Shown: positions 13,916 through 23,281 of the stretch, piece after piece
How the letters are laid out: each line of letters starts with the position of its first letter
How positions within the stretch are numbered: the first letter of the stretch is position 1
Source of the DNA: Reyranellaceae bacterium
GTDB lineage: Bacteria > Pseudomonadota > Alphaproteobacteria > Reyranellales > JAQSWP01
Assembly: GCA_050181585.1 (NCBI GenBank)
Contig: JBFXDA010000001.1
Location: 98,126 to 162,125, forward strand
Direction of reading: 5' to 3'
DNA: 64,000 nt
Notes under the pieces: model-generated
Database searches by the model: none
The model's input: the letters and a program-made list of their open reading frames with translations, nothing else
What the model was told of the DNA's origin: nothing
Program-made: the position numbers and the translations under genes

Positions 13916-14122
13916 ATGACCCGCGACCTCGTGAAGACCGCCAGTTTCGCCGTGCTGCACTTTGCGGTCGGCTTCGGCGTCGCCTATGCGCTGACCGGCT
14001 CGGTGGCCATCGCCACCGGCGTGGCGCTGATCGAGCCGACACTCAACACGCTGGTCTTCTTCCTGCACGAGCGCGCCTGGCAGCGTTTCGGCCGCCGCCG
14101 CGGCGGAGTCGCGGCCGCCTAG
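13916..14122 (+). CDS. DUF2061-type small membrane protein
   Basis: MTRDLVKTASFAVLHFAVGFGVAYALTGSVAIATGVALIEPTLNTLVFFLHERAW. A ggag Shine-Dalgarno lies upstream. Confidence 0.6.
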   Translation: MTRDLVKTASFAVLHFAVGFGVAYALTGSVAIATGVALIEPTLNTLVFFLHERAWQRFGRRRGGVAAA

Positions 14123-14697
14123 CGCGCCATGGCGCGGGCCAGCATGAACAGTGCGGCGCCGAAGAACAGCAGTTCGATGCCGAGGAACATGCCGGGGACC
14201 AGCAGGCCGGTGCCGGGCAGGCCGGCCAGCACCAGAATCCCCAGTACCAGCGACAGCACGGCGCTGAACGCCATCCAGCCCCAGCCGGGGGCGGGCCGCA
14301 GGCGCCAGGCGATGACCGCCTTCATGGCGCCGGCCAGCAGCAGGAACACGCCCAGCACCAGAGTCAGCGAAACCGCGCCGGCGAAGGGATTGAACAGCAT
14401 GATGCCGCCGGCGACGATGGCCGCCACCGCCTGCAGCAGCGCCCAGCCCAGCCCTTGGTGCCAGCCGCCGTCGACCTGCCGCCAGGCGCGCACGCAGCGC
14501 ACGATCTCGACCAGACCGAAGGCCAGCAGCAGCGCCCCCAGGAGCAAGGTGACGGCCAGCGTGGCGACCACCGGTAGCAGGATGGCGACGACTCCCAGGA
14601 TCGCGATCAGCACGCCCTGGATCGTCAGGCTGCGCGCATGCCGCCGCCGCTGGTCGGGCGGAAAGCCGCTGGTGGCGGTCGACTGCACATCGGTCAT
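14119..14697 (-). CDS. HdeD/DUF308 family membrane protein
   Basis: Six hydrophobic helices. There is a strong Shine-Dalgarno (ggaggagg) before the ATG at 14697. Confidence 0.6.
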   Translation of the reverse strand: MTDVQSTATSGFPPDQRRRHARSLTIQGVLIAILGVVAILLPVVATLAVTLLLGALLLAFGLVEIVRCVRAWRQVDGGWHQGLGWALLQAVAAIVAGGIMLFNPFAGAVSLTLVLGVFLLLAGAMKAVIAWRLRPAPGWGWMAFSAVLSLVLGILVLAGLPGTGLLVPGMFLGIELLFFGAALFMLARAMAR

Positions 14698-14746
14698 GGT
14701 GTCCTCCTCCCTGCCTCTAACGGCTCAGTGCGGGCAAAGTGTCCGC

Positions 14747-15484
14747 TCAGATCGACAGGCGCAGCCCGTCGCTGGCCAGTTCGCATCCGCTCACCTCGCT
14801 TTGCCGCGCCAGCATGTCCGGACTCATATGCGTGAGAACGACGCGCCGGGCGGCGATGCGGTCGAGATTGTCGCGCAAGGTGGCGTAGTCGAGGTGCCAC
14901 TTGATCTTCTTGTCGAAGAAATAGGCTTCGGCGATCAGCAGATCGACGTCGCGCGCCGCCTCGATCAGGCGATCGGTCCATTCCGTGTCGCCAGTATAGC
15001 ATAGGCGCTTGCCGTCCATTTCCAACCGCAGGGCCAAAGGCGGCGCGGCGCAGAAATGGTCGACTTCGAAGGCGGCGATGGCGATGTCGCCGATGGCGCT
15101 TTGGCCGCCGGGTGCGATCTCCTCGATCTCCAGCGCATAGCCGGGTGCGACGGTCGACGAACGGGGAAAGAAGATCTCGCGTGCCGCCAGCAGCCGCTCC
15201 CGGAAGCCGAGCGGGCCAATCAGGCGCAACGGCTTGCGGCGCCGGCTGACCAGCTGCGCATCGAGCAGGAAAAACGGCAGGCCGCCGAAATGATCGCCAT
15301 GCAGGTGGCTGATGGCGATGCCGTCGATGCCGTTGGGGTCGATCTGCTGTCGACGCAGCGCCACCAGCGAGCTGGCGCCGCAATCGACCAGGACGCGGCT
15401 GCTGGCGCTTTCGACCATGATGCAGGTATTGAAGCGGCCGCCGCTGCCGAAGGCGTCGCCGCTGCCGATGAACGTGACCTGCAT
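14747..15484 (-). CDS. MBL-fold metallo-hydrolase
   Basis: The HLHGDH metal motif (ISHLHGDHFGG) is present. 245 aa. Confidence 0.75.
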   Translation of the reverse strand: MQVTFIGSGDAFGSGGRFNTCIMVESASSRVLVDCGASSLVALRRQQIDPNGIDGIAISHLHGDHFGGLPFFLLDAQLVSRRRKPLRLIGPLGFRERLLAAREIFFPRSSTVAPGYALEIEEIAPGGQSAIGDIAIAAFEVDHFCAAPPLALRLEMDGKRLCYTGDTEWTDRLIEAARDVDLLIAEAYFFDKKIKWHLDYATLRDNLDRIAARRVVLTHMSPDMLARQSEVSGCELASDGLRLSI

Positions 15485-15497
15485 CCGGTGCCTCGCT

Positions 15498-16385
15498 TCA
15501 GCGCGCCGCTTTGGCGTGCTCGCCGATCAGCCCGGCGATGCGCGGCACTAGCGCGCGCGGCAGGTCATGGCCCATGCCGGCGATCGTTTCCAGCCGCGCC
15601 CCGGGGATCAGGGCGGCGGTGTCCTGTCCGGCCGCCAGCGGCACGACGGGATCGTCTTCGCCATGGATCACCAGCGCCGGCGCCCGCACCGACGGCAGCT
15701 CCTTCACCCGCCCGCCCGACGCCAGGATGGCGTTGTACTGGCGCGCCGCGCCCTGCGGATAGAAGCTGCGGTCGACGTTGCGTTCCACCAGCGCGCGCAG
15801 CTCGGCCGCGCTCGCGGGATAGCCGGGCGAGCCGATGACCTGGCGCAGCGCGATGCCATGGGCGATCACCGTCTCGCGCTGGTTGTCGGCGGGCGGCGTC
15901 AGCAGCGCCTTCATCGCCTCGGGCTTGCCCGGCGGCAGGCCGCGGCGGCCGGAGCTCGACATGATCGAGGTCATGCTGGCGACGCGGCCGGGGAAGGCGA
16001 TCGCCATCTGCTGCACGATCATGCCGCCCATCGAGACGCCGACCACGTGCGGGCGGGCGATGCCCAGCGCCTGGGCCAGCGCCAGCCCGTCGGCGGCCAT
16101 GTCGGAGAGCAGGTAGGGCGCGGGGATTTTCTCCCCGGCCATGATCCTGACCGTCAACTCGGCCAGGTTGGGCACGCCGTAGGCGTCGAATTTCTGCGAC
16201 AGGCCGATGTCGCGGTTGTCGTAGCGCACGACGCGGAAGCCGCGATCGACCAGGGCGGCGACCAGCTCCTCCGGCCACAGCGTCAGTTGCGCCCCCAGCC
16301 CGTGCACCAGCAGGATCGCGGGCGCGTCATGGGCGCCATGCGTCTCGTATTCCAGTTCGATGCCGTTCGCCGCGATCTTCGCCAT
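15498..16385 (-). CDS. alpha/beta hydrolase
   Basis: LLVHGLGAQ..., nucleophile elbow GVSMGG, and C-terminal GMGHDLP. The ATG at 16385 (MAKIAANG) was chosen. Confidence 0.75.
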   Translation of the reverse strand: MAKIAANGIELEYETHGAHDAPAILLVHGLGAQLTLWPEELVAALVDRGFRVVRYDNRDIGLSQKFDAYGVPNLAELTVRIMAGEKIPAPYLLSDMAADGLALAQALGIARPHVVGVSMGGMIVQQMAIAFPGRVASMTSIMSSSGRRGLPPGKPEAMKALLTPPADNQRETVIAHGIALRQVIGSPGYPASAAELRALVERNVDRSFYPQGAARQYNAILASGGRVKELPSVRAPALVIHGEDDPVVPLAAGQDTAALIPGARLETIAGMGHDLPRALVPRIAGLIGEHAKAAR

Positions 16386-16449
16386 ATGCTTCCGCCCCGC
16401 TATAAACGCCAATTGCTGGCAAGCTTAGAGCGTTTCGGGAGGCGTTGGG

Positions 16450-17625
16450 ATGGATTTCGAGCTCAAGGAAGAGCACCGCATGCTCAAGGAGCTGGTGCAT
16501 AAATTCGTGCGCGACGAACTGCTGCCGCTGGAGCCGGCGGTGCTGGCCCGCGACATGGAAGGCAAGGGCGTCGGCCTGACCGAGGAGGAGCGCGCCAAGG
16601 TCAATGCGCGGGCGCGCGAGCTGGGCCTGTGGGGGCTGGACGCGCCGCCCGAGTTCGGCGGCCACGACCTGCCGCTGGAGGCGATGATCGGCGTCGCCGA
16701 GGAGATCGGCCACACCGTCATCAACTACGCCATCCCGCCCGATTCGCCCAATCTGCACATGCTGATGCAGGTCGCCACGCCGGAGCAGACGAGGCTTTAC
16801 GTCGAGCCCTATGCCCGCGGCGAGGCGACGGCGGCCATCGCCATTTCCGAACCGGGCGCCGGCGCCGATCCCTCGGCCATGACCACGCGCGCCGAGCGCC
16901 AGGGCGACCACTGGGTGCTGAACGGGCGCAAGACCTGGATCAGCCGCGTCGACGTCGCCGACTTCGCCATCGTCATGGCCGTCACCGACAAGGCCAAGGG
17001 CGCGCGCGGCGGCATCTCCGCCTTCCTGGTGCCGCGCGGCACGCCCGGCTTCAACCTGCAGCGGCGCATTCCCATGATCGGCGGCCGCTTCACCTGGGAG
17101 ATCGCGATCGAGGATTGCCGCCTGCCGGCCGATGCGCTGCTGGGCCGCGAAGGCGAGGGCTTCGCGCCGATGCAGAAGCGGCTGTCGGTGCGCCGCCTGC
17201 AGATGGGCGCCTGGTGCATCGGCATGGCCGACCGGGCGCTGCAGATGATGATCGAGCACGCCGTCAACCGCGTCACTTTCGGCGAGCGCCTGGCCGACCG
17301 CCAGGCGATCCAGTGGTGGGTGGCCGATGCGGCGATGAGAATCCATGCCTCGCGGCTGATGGTCTACGACGCGGCCTGGAAATGGGACCAGGGCCGCGAG
17401 ATCCGCACCGAGCTGTCGATGATCAAGGTCTTCGTGCCGGAGATGGCCAGCGAGGTGGTCGACAAGGCGATGCAGACGCTGGGCGCCATGGGGCTGGTCA
17501 AGGAACTGCCGCTGCACGCCATGGCCAGCATGCTGCGCTGGATCCGGGTTGGCGAGGGACCGAGCGAGGTGCATCGCTGGGTCATCGCCCGTTCGCTGCT
17601 GGGACGCGGCGGCCGCAGAGCCTGA
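16450..17625 (+). CDS. acyl-CoA dehydrogenase
   Basis: MDFELKEEHRMLKELVHKFVRDEL...AISEPGAGADPSAM...GRKTWISR. This is a typical ACAD. Confidence 0.85.
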   Translation: MDFELKEEHRMLKELVHKFVRDELLPLEPAVLARDMEGKGVGLTEEERAKVNARARELGLWGLDAPPEFGGHDLPLEAMIGVAEEIGHTVINYAIPPDSPNLHMLMQVATPEQTRLYVEPYARGEATAAIAISEPGAGADPSAMTTRAERQGDHWVLNGRKTWISRVDVADFAIVMAVTDKAKGARGGISAFLVPRGTPGFNLQRRIPMIGGRFTWEIAIEDCRLPADALLGREGEGFAPMQKRLSVRRLQMGAWCIGMADRALQMMIEHAVNRVTFGERLADRQAIQWWVADAAMRIHASRLMVYDAAWKWDQGREIRTELSMIKVFVPEMASEVVDKAMQTLGAMGLVKELPLHAMASMLRWIRVGEGPSEVHRWVIARSLLGRGGRRA

Positions 17626-17672
17626 GCCGGGCTGCTTGACGGCGGCGGGCCGGCCTTCTAGCAAGGCGCGCC

Positions 17673-18617
17673 ATGCCCCAGTCCGCCGCCCCCGATATCG
17701 CCGCCCGTCGCCGCGCCACCGCGATCGGCGGGCTGGCGGTGCTGATCTGGGCGACGCTGGCGCTGTTCACCACCGCCACCGGCGCCATCCCCCCGTTCCA
17801 GCTCGTCGCCATGGCCTTCGCCATCGCCTTCCTGCTGGCGTTCGGCAAGTGGCTGGCGAAAGGGCAGGGCGTGCGGGCGCAGTTGCGCTGGCCCTGGCGG
17901 GTGTGGCTGGTGGGGATCGGCGGGCTGTTCGGCTACCACGCGCTCTATTTCCTGGCGCTGAAGAGCGCGCCGCCGGCGCCGGCCAATCTGGTCAACTATC
18001 TGTGGCCGCTGTGCATCGTGCTGTTCTCCGCGCCGCTGGCGGGGGAGAAGCTGCATTGGTGGCATCTGGGCGGCGTGGCGCTGGGGCTGGCCGGCACCGC
18101 GCTGGTGCTGCTGGCCGGCGCCACGGTCGCTTACGAACCGGCGCATCTGGTCGGCTATCTGGCGGCGCTGGGCTGTGCGGTGACCTGGGGCCTCTATTCG
18201 GTGCTCAGCCGGCGCTTCGGCGAGGTGCCGACCGACGCGGTGGGCGGTTTCTGCGGCGCGGCCGCTCTGCTGGCGCTGCTCTGCCACCTGTTGTTCGAGG
18301 CCACGGTATGGCCCGCCTCGACCGGGCAGTGGCTGGCCGTGCTGGCGCTCGGCATCGGGCCAGCGGGCGGCGCCTTCTTCCTGTGGGATATCGGGGTGAA
18401 GCGCGGCGACATCCGGGCGCTGGGGGCGCTGTCCTATGCCGCGCCGGTGCTGTCGACCGTGCTGCTGGTGCTGTTCGGCCGCGCCCAGCCGACGCTGGCC
18501 CTGGCGCTGGCCTGCCTGCTGGTCACCGCCGGCGCGGTGCTGGCCTCGCGCGAATTGTGGGGCAAGGGGCCGGACCACAGCAAACAGGGGCCGGTTTCCC
18601 GACCCCTGTCGCACTGA
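17673..18617 (+). CDS. DMT (EamA) family transporter
   Basis: Ten predicted TM helices with duplicated EamA-like halves. Confidence 0.7.
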   Translation: MPQSAAPDIAARRRATAIGGLAVLIWATLALFTTATGAIPPFQLVAMAFAIAFLLAFGKWLAKGQGVRAQLRWPWRVWLVGIGGLFGYHALYFLALKSAPPAPANLVNYLWPLCIVLFSAPLAGEKLHWWHLGGVALGLAGTALVLLAGATVAYEPAHLVGYLAALGCAVTWGLYSVLSRRFGEVPTDAVGGFCGAAALLALLCHLLFEATVWPASTGQWLAVLALGIGPAGGAFFLWDIGVKRGDIRALGALSYAAPVLSTVLLVLFGRAQPTLALALACLLVTAGAVLASRELWGKGPDHSKQGPVSRPLSH

Positions 18618-18644
18618 CCTTCCGGACCGCAACGTGTGGGGGCG

Positions 18645-19013
18645 TCAGATCCAGTAGGTCGGCACCTTGTAGTATTCGTCGACCTTGCGGCCGTAATCCG
18701 GCGTCCAGGAGAATTCGCGCGAGCGGTCGTAGGAGGGGGCGTTCTCCAGCACCTTCTTCTCGAGATTGACGACGTAGCCTTCCAGCTTGGTGTCGTAGTT
18801 CAGCGTCTGCCACGGCAGCGGATGATGCTTCTCGCCCATGCCCAGGAAGCCGCCGAACGACATGATGGCGTAGACCGCCTTGCCGCTGACCTTGTCGATC
18901 ATCACGTCCTCGACCGTGCCCAGCTTCTCGCCCGAAGGATTGTAGACGCTGGTGCCCTGCACCCGATCGGCGGCGATCAGGCCGTGGGACGAAGCGCTCT
19001 TGTGCATTTCCAT
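18645..19013 (-). CDS. PRC-barrel domain protein
   Basis: LIAADRVQGTSVYNPSGEKLGTVEDVMIDKVSGKAVYAIMSFGGFLGMGEKHHPLPW is a characteristic PRC barrel. Confidence 0.75.
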   Translation of the reverse strand: MEMHKSASSHGLIAADRVQGTSVYNPSGEKLGTVEDVMIDKVSGKAVYAIMSFGGFLGMGEKHHPLPWQTLNYDTKLEGYVVNLEKKVLENAPSYDRSREFSWTPDYGRKVDEYYKVPTYWI

Positions 19014-19141
19014 GATGGTTCCTCGTTCGATAAATGGCTCTGGACGCTTCGCGCGTCCGGCTCGGGAAGAACGAGGCGGCGCACCGGCGCGTTCCGGCGC
19101 GGCCGAGATTTAATGCCGCACTCGATGCAACGGGCGCGGTA

Positions 19142-19570
19142 TCAGGGCGCGTCGCCCGGGCGCCAGTGCGGCGGCGCCAGCTCGAAGCCGGCGAACTCGA
19201 AGCCCGGCGCCACGGTGCAGCCGATCAGGCTGAAGCCGCCCAGCGCGCGGGCGCTCTGCCAGGTGCCGGCCGGCACCACGAGCTGCGGGCGCTGGCCCGC
19301 CGCCAGATCGACGCCCAGCACGTGCGCGGCACTGGCGATGCCGTCGGCGCTGAGGCAAAGCTCGAGCGGCGCGCCGGCGTGGAAGTGCCAGATTTCCTCG
19401 GCATCGACGCGATGCCAGTGCGAGCGCTCGCCGGCCTGCAGCAGATAGTAGATCGAGGTGACGGCGGCGCGCCGGCCGGGCGCGGCCCGGGCGCGGTGGA
19501 TTTCGCGATACCAGCCGCCCTCGGGATGTTTCTCCAGGCCGAGGGCGGCGATGATCGCGGCCGCGTCCAT
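19142..19570 (-). CDS. cupin (DUF985) family protein
   Basis: LGLEKHPEGGWYREI...SIYYLL...SHWHRVDAEEIWHFHAG...GCTVAPGFEFAGFEL. Confidence 0.7.
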   Translation of the reverse strand: MDAAAIIAALGLEKHPEGGWYREIHRARAAPGRRAAVTSIYYLLQAGERSHWHRVDAEEIWHFHAGAPLELCLSADGIASAAHVLGVDLAAGQRPQLVVPAGTWQSARALGGFSLIGCTVAPGFEFAGFELAPPHWRPGDAP

Positions 19571-19578
19571 GCGGCCGG

Positions 19579-20190
19579 TCAGGCCTGCGGCACGGTGGCC
19601 TGCATCGACTTGCGGCGGGAGAACTTGTCGAACCAGGCCGCCAGGCTGGGCCGGCTCTTGCGCCAGTTCATGTCGGCGAAGCGGAAATCGAGATAGCCCA
19701 GCGCGCAAGCCACGGCGACCTGGCCGATGGTCAGCCCGCCGCCCAGCTCCTTGGCTTCCTTCTCCAGCAGGTCGAGCGCCTGCGTCACCTTGCGCTTCTG
19801 CCCCTCCAGCCAGTCGGTCCAGCGCAGGTTCTCCGGCCGCATGGCGATCTCGTAGCGGGCCAGCAGCGCGGCGTCGAGAATGCCGTCGCCGATCGCCTGC
19901 AGGCGCAGCGCCTTCCAGCGCCGCGCGCCGGAGGCGGGGAACAGCTTGTCGCCGCGATGCTTGCTGTCGAGGTATTCGCAGATCACCGGCGAATCGAACA
20001 GGGTAGTGCCGTTGTCCAGCTCCAGCGCCGGCACCTTGCCCAGCGGATTGGCCTTTTCCACCGTCTTGTTGCCGCCCATCGGCGTCACCGCCTGCGGCAG
20101 CTTCTCGATCTTGCGGTCGAGCCCGCGCTCGATGGCGAGAATCATGACCTTGCGCACATAGGGCGAGGTCGGCGAGTACATGAGCTTCAT
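19579..20190 (-). CDS. glutathione S-transferase
   Basis: MKLMYSPTSPYVRKV...GKVPALELDNGTTLFDSPVICEYL. An alternative ATG lies at 20205. Confidence 0.8.
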   Translation of the reverse strand: MKLMYSPTSPYVRKVMILAIERGLDRKIEKLPQAVTPMGGNKTVEKANPLGKVPALELDNGTTLFDSPVICEYLDSKHRGDKLFPASGARRWKALRLQAIGDGILDAALLARYEIAMRPENLRWTDWLEGQKRKVTQALDLLEKEAKELGGGLTIGQVAVACALGYLDFRFADMNWRKSRPSLAAWFDKFSRRKSMQATVPQA

Positions 20191-20230
20191 TGTTGTTTTC
20201 CCCATACCGCTGTTGTTGAACGACGAAAAT

Positions 20231-20839
20231 CTAGGCCGCGCGCGGCGGCGGCCGCGTGCGCATCACGGAAGGCCGCTTGTGCATGTGCGACAGCCACTCG
20301 GCCAGCGCTTCGCATTTGGGCTTCCAGTCCACCACCTGGTCGACCGACAGGAAATCCAGCGCGCAGACCAGCGCGATGTGGCCGAGGTTGAAACCGTCGT
20401 GCAGCTCGCCGGCGTCGCGCTCGAGCCGGTCCAGCGCCCGCTCGATCGCCTGCTCCTGGCGCGCCACGTAGCCGCGATGCACGCGCTCGGGCTTCTGCGC
20501 CCGGTTCAGCAGGATCACGACGGCGGCGTCGAGCATGCCGTCGGCCAGCGCCTGGCGGCGCAGCGCCTTCAGCCGCAGGGCGGGCTCGGCCGGCAGCAGC
20601 CGGTGGCGCCCGTCGAGCGCATCCATGAAGTCGGACACCGCCGGGGAATCGAAGATCGCATCGCCGTCCGCGGTGACCAGCACCGGGATCTTCGACAGCG
20701 GGTTGACCCGCAGCAGCTCCGGCGCGGAGTCCCAGGGATTGACGTTCAGCACCTCGATCCTGCCGTCCAGCCCGGTCTCGATGGCGCAGATCATCGCCTT
20801 GCGCCCGAAGGGCGAGCTGGGATTGGTGTAGAGCCTCAT
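20231..20839 (-). CDS. glutathione S-transferase (paralog)
   Basis: MRLYTNPSSPFGRKA...SKIPVLVTADGDAIFDSPAVSDFM. Start at ATG 20839. Confidence 0.8.
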   Translation of the reverse strand: MRLYTNPSSPFGRKAMICAIETGLDGRIEVLNVNPWDSAPELLRVNPLSKIPVLVTADGDAIFDSPAVSDFMDALDGRHRLLPAEPALRLKALRRQALADGMLDAAVVILLNRAQKPERVHRGYVARQEQAIERALDRLERDAGELHDGFNLGHIALVCALDFLSVDQVVDWKPKCEALAEWLSHMHKRPSVMRTRPPPRAA

Positions 20840-20846
20840 CGCCAGG

Positions 20847-20891
20847 GGCTCACTGGAAACAGGCTCACCGGAAATGGGCTCACCGGAAGAC
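20847..20891. repeat. 3 x 15-bp tandem repeat spanning the gloB stop codon
   Basis: The units are ggctcactggaaaca, ggctcaccggaaatg and ggctcaccggaagac. On the coding strand each unit carries an in-frame TGA. Confidence 0.85.
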
Positions 20892-21656
20892 GTCCTTGCG
20901 CGCCCGCACCTCGGCGAAGACGCGCACCGGATCGGCGCCTTCCAGGCCCACCGCCTGCGCCACGTCCGGGTCGTCGGCGCGCAGGAAGGGGTTGGTGCGC
21001 TGCTCCTCGCCCAGGGTCGAGGGCACGGTGGGAATGTTCTGCGCCCGCATCTCGTCGATCCGCCGCGCGCGCCGCCGCAGCGCCTCGTTGCGCGGATCGA
21101 CGGTGAGGGCGAAGCGGGCGTTGCTCTGGGTGTATTCGTGGGCGCAATAGACTTCGGTTTCCGGCGGCAGCGCCCGCAGGGTCGACAGCGAGCGCCACAT
21201 CTGTTCCGGCGTGCCCTCGAACAGCCGCCCGCAGCCCAGCGCGAACAGCGTGTCGCCGCAGAACAGCGCGGCATGCTCGGGGAACCAGTAGGCGATATGT
21301 CCCCGCGTGTGGCCGGGCACGAAGAAGACCTTGGCCTCCGCCTGGCCGAACCGGTAGGTGTCGCCGTCGCCCACTTTCACGTCGATGCCGGGAATGCGCG
21401 CCGCGTCCGGCGCCGGCCCGACGATGGTGCAGCCGAATTCGCGCTTCAGCGCCAGATTGCCGCCGACATGGTCGGGATGGTGATGGGTATTCAGGATGTG
21501 GGTGAGCGTCCACTCATTTTTCTGCAGCGCCGCCCGCACCGGTTCGGGATCGGCGGGATCGACCACGGCGACGAAGCCGCTCTCCGGCTCGCGCACCAGC
21601 CACAGGTAATTGTCCTGCAGCGCCGGCACGCGCTCTATCTGCAAGCGTTGGCTCAT
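20880..21656 (-). CDS. gloB: hydroxyacylglutathione hydrolase (glyoxalase II)
   Basis: DNYLWLV...ILNTHHHPDHVGGN...GHTRGHI...CAHEYT. 258 aa. Confidence 0.9.
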   Translation of the reverse strand: MSQRLQIERVPALQDNYLWLVREPESGFVAVVDPADPEPVRAALQKNEWTLTHILNTHHHPDHVGGNLALKREFGCTIVGPAPDAARIPGIDVKVGDGDTYRFGQAEAKVFFVPGHTRGHIAYWFPEHAALFCGDTLFALGCGRLFEGTPEQMWRSLSTLRALPPETEVYCAHEYTQSNARFALTVDPRNEALRRRARRIDEMRAQNIPTVPSTLGEEQRTNPFLRADDPDVAQAVGLEGADPVRVFAEVRARKDVFR

Positions 21657-21733
21657 CTTTACCGCTTCCTCCGGGCAAAAACCGTAGCATCGGGCGGTGA
21701 CGGCGTCACGCCTCCGCTGTTACTCTTCGCAGC

Positions 21734-22498
21734 ATGTGGAACGATGTCGTCGACCTGCGGGATTTCTACGGCCAGAGCCTGGGCCAGGTGGCGCAGCGGC
21801 TGATCCGCAACCGGCTGCGCTCGATGTGGCCCAGCCTGCGCGGCCAGAGCCTGCTGGGGCTGGGCTACGCCACGCCCTATCTGCGGCCGTTCATGGACGA
21901 GGCCGAGCGCGTCATCGCCGTCATGCCGGCGGCGCAGGGCGTGCTGCGCTGGCCGCAGAACGAGTCCAGCCTGGTGGCGCTGGCCGACGAGACGGCGCTG
22001 CCGCTGCCCGACCGCTCGATGGACCGCGTGCTGCTGGTGCACGCGCTGGAATGCTCCGAGCAGATCCGGCCGATGCTGCGCGAGGCCTGGCGGGTGCTGG
22101 CCGATGGCGGCCGGCTGCTGGTCATCGCGCCCAACCGCACCGGCCTGTGGGCGCAGCTCGAGCGCTCGCCCTTCGCCGTCGGCCATCCCTATTCGGCGGG
22201 CCAGCTCGGCCGGCTGCTGCGTGCCACCATGTTCACCCCCATGCAGGAGGCGCGCGCGCTTTACGTGCCGCCGGTGCGCTCGCGCATGGTGCTGCGCGCC
22301 GCGCCGGCGCTGGAACGGCTGGGCCAGCGCCTGCTGCCGCGCTTCGCCGGCGTCGTCATGCTCGAGGCCGGCAAGCAGCTCTATGCCGGCACCGCCCTGC
22401 GCGAGCCGGCCAAGGCGCCGGTGCGGGCCAAGCTGCGCGTGGTGCCGCAGCCGGCGGCGCGCAATCCGGTCGACGACGGCAAGCCTTCTTTCGACTGA
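21734..22498 (+). CDS. class I SAM-dependent methyltransferase (gloB-divergent conserved gene)
   Basis: LLGLGYATPYL...DRVLLVHALE...WRVLADGGRLLVIAPN. The divergent arrangement with gloB is common in alphaproteobacteria (from memory). Confidence 0.65.
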   Translation: MWNDVVDLRDFYGQSLGQVAQRLIRNRLRSMWPSLRGQSLLGLGYATPYLRPFMDEAERVIAVMPAAQGVLRWPQNESSLVALADETALPLPDRSMDRVLLVHALECSEQIRPMLREAWRVLADGGRLLVIAPNRTGLWAQLERSPFAVGHPYSAGQLGRLLRATMFTPMQEARALYVPPVRSRMVLRAAPALERLGQRLLPRFAGVVMLEAGKQLYAGTALREPAKAPVRAKLRVVPQPAARNPVDDGKPSFD

Positions 22499-22572
22499 CC
22501 GCACCCGGTCCCACCCGCAAGTACCTGCGATACAAGGAAAATTCCTCGCCGCCGGATGGGGCTTGACTTCTC

Positions 22573-22588
22573 CCTACCAGTAGGTAGG
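22573..22588. promoter_or_regulatory. candidate TetR operator 1 (CCTACC-agta-GGTAGG)
   Basis: This palindrome lies 9 nt upstream of the TetR ATG and follows a TTGACT -35-like hexamer (22563-22568). The core CTACC-N4-GGTAG recurs at 23237-23250. Confidence 0.45.
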
Positions 22589-22596
22589 CTGATTCT

Positions 22597-23208
22597 ATGT
22601 CCAAGTCCGCCAGACTTGCCGCCGCCGCGCCCGATCCGGGCGAGGGCGATACGCGCGCGCGCATTCTGGACATCGGCGAGCGGCTGCTGCTGGAGCGCGG
22701 CTATGCCGGCTTCTCCTATCAGGACATTGCCGAGGCGGTCGGCATCCGCAAGGCGTCGATCCACCATCACTTTCCCAGCAAGGAAGATTTGGGCCGCGCC
22801 ATCGTCGAGCGCACGCGGCTGCGGCTGAACGACGGGCGCGGGCCGGTGGCCGAGGACGGCGAGCAGGCCAAACGCCAGTTCGAGCGCTTCCTGCGCTTCT
22901 TCGAGCGGCTGTCGGAAGAGGGCAGCCGGCTGTGCATCGGCGGCCGCCTGAGTGCGGATTTCGCCGTGCTGCCCCAGCCGGTGCGCGATCCGTTCCGCGC
23001 CTTCATGGCCGAGCACGCCGCCTGGCTGGAGGAGCTGTGCCGCATCGGCCAGAAGACCGGCGCCTTCCGCAAGGACATGCCGCCGCGCGAGCAGGCGCTG
23101 GTGCTGCGCGCTTCGGTGCAGGGCGCGGTGCAACTGGCGCGGGCCGGCGGCGATCCGGAGCTCTATCGCAGCGTGGCCCGGGTCATGCGGCGGCAGATCC
23201 TGGCCTGA
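22597..23208 (+). CDS. TetR/AcrR family transcriptional regulator
   Basis: The N-terminal HTH reads RILDIGERLLLERGYAGFSYQDIAEAVGIRKASIHHHFPSKEDL. Confidence 0.85.
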   Translation: MSKSARLAAAAPDPGEGDTRARILDIGERLLLERGYAGFSYQDIAEAVGIRKASIHHHFPSKEDLGRAIVERTRLRLNDGRGPVAEDGEQAKRQFERFLRFFERLSEEGSRLCIGGRLSADFAVLPQPVRDPFRAFMAEHAAWLEELCRIGQKTGAFRKDMPPREQALVLRASVQGAVQLARAGGDPELYRSVARVMRRQILA

Positions 23209-23236
23209 GGGGATTTTGTTTTGGGAGCGGACCTAC

Positions 23237-23250
23237 CTACCGGTCGGTAG
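23237..23250. promoter_or_regulatory. candidate TetR operator 2 (CTACC-ggtc-GGTAG)
   Basis: This palindrome sits between the TetR stop and the downstream hydrolase ATG (23282). It shares its half-sites with operator 1. Confidence 0.4.
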
Positions 23251-23281
23251 AGACCGATTGGTGCAACCGCTGGAGAGAACG

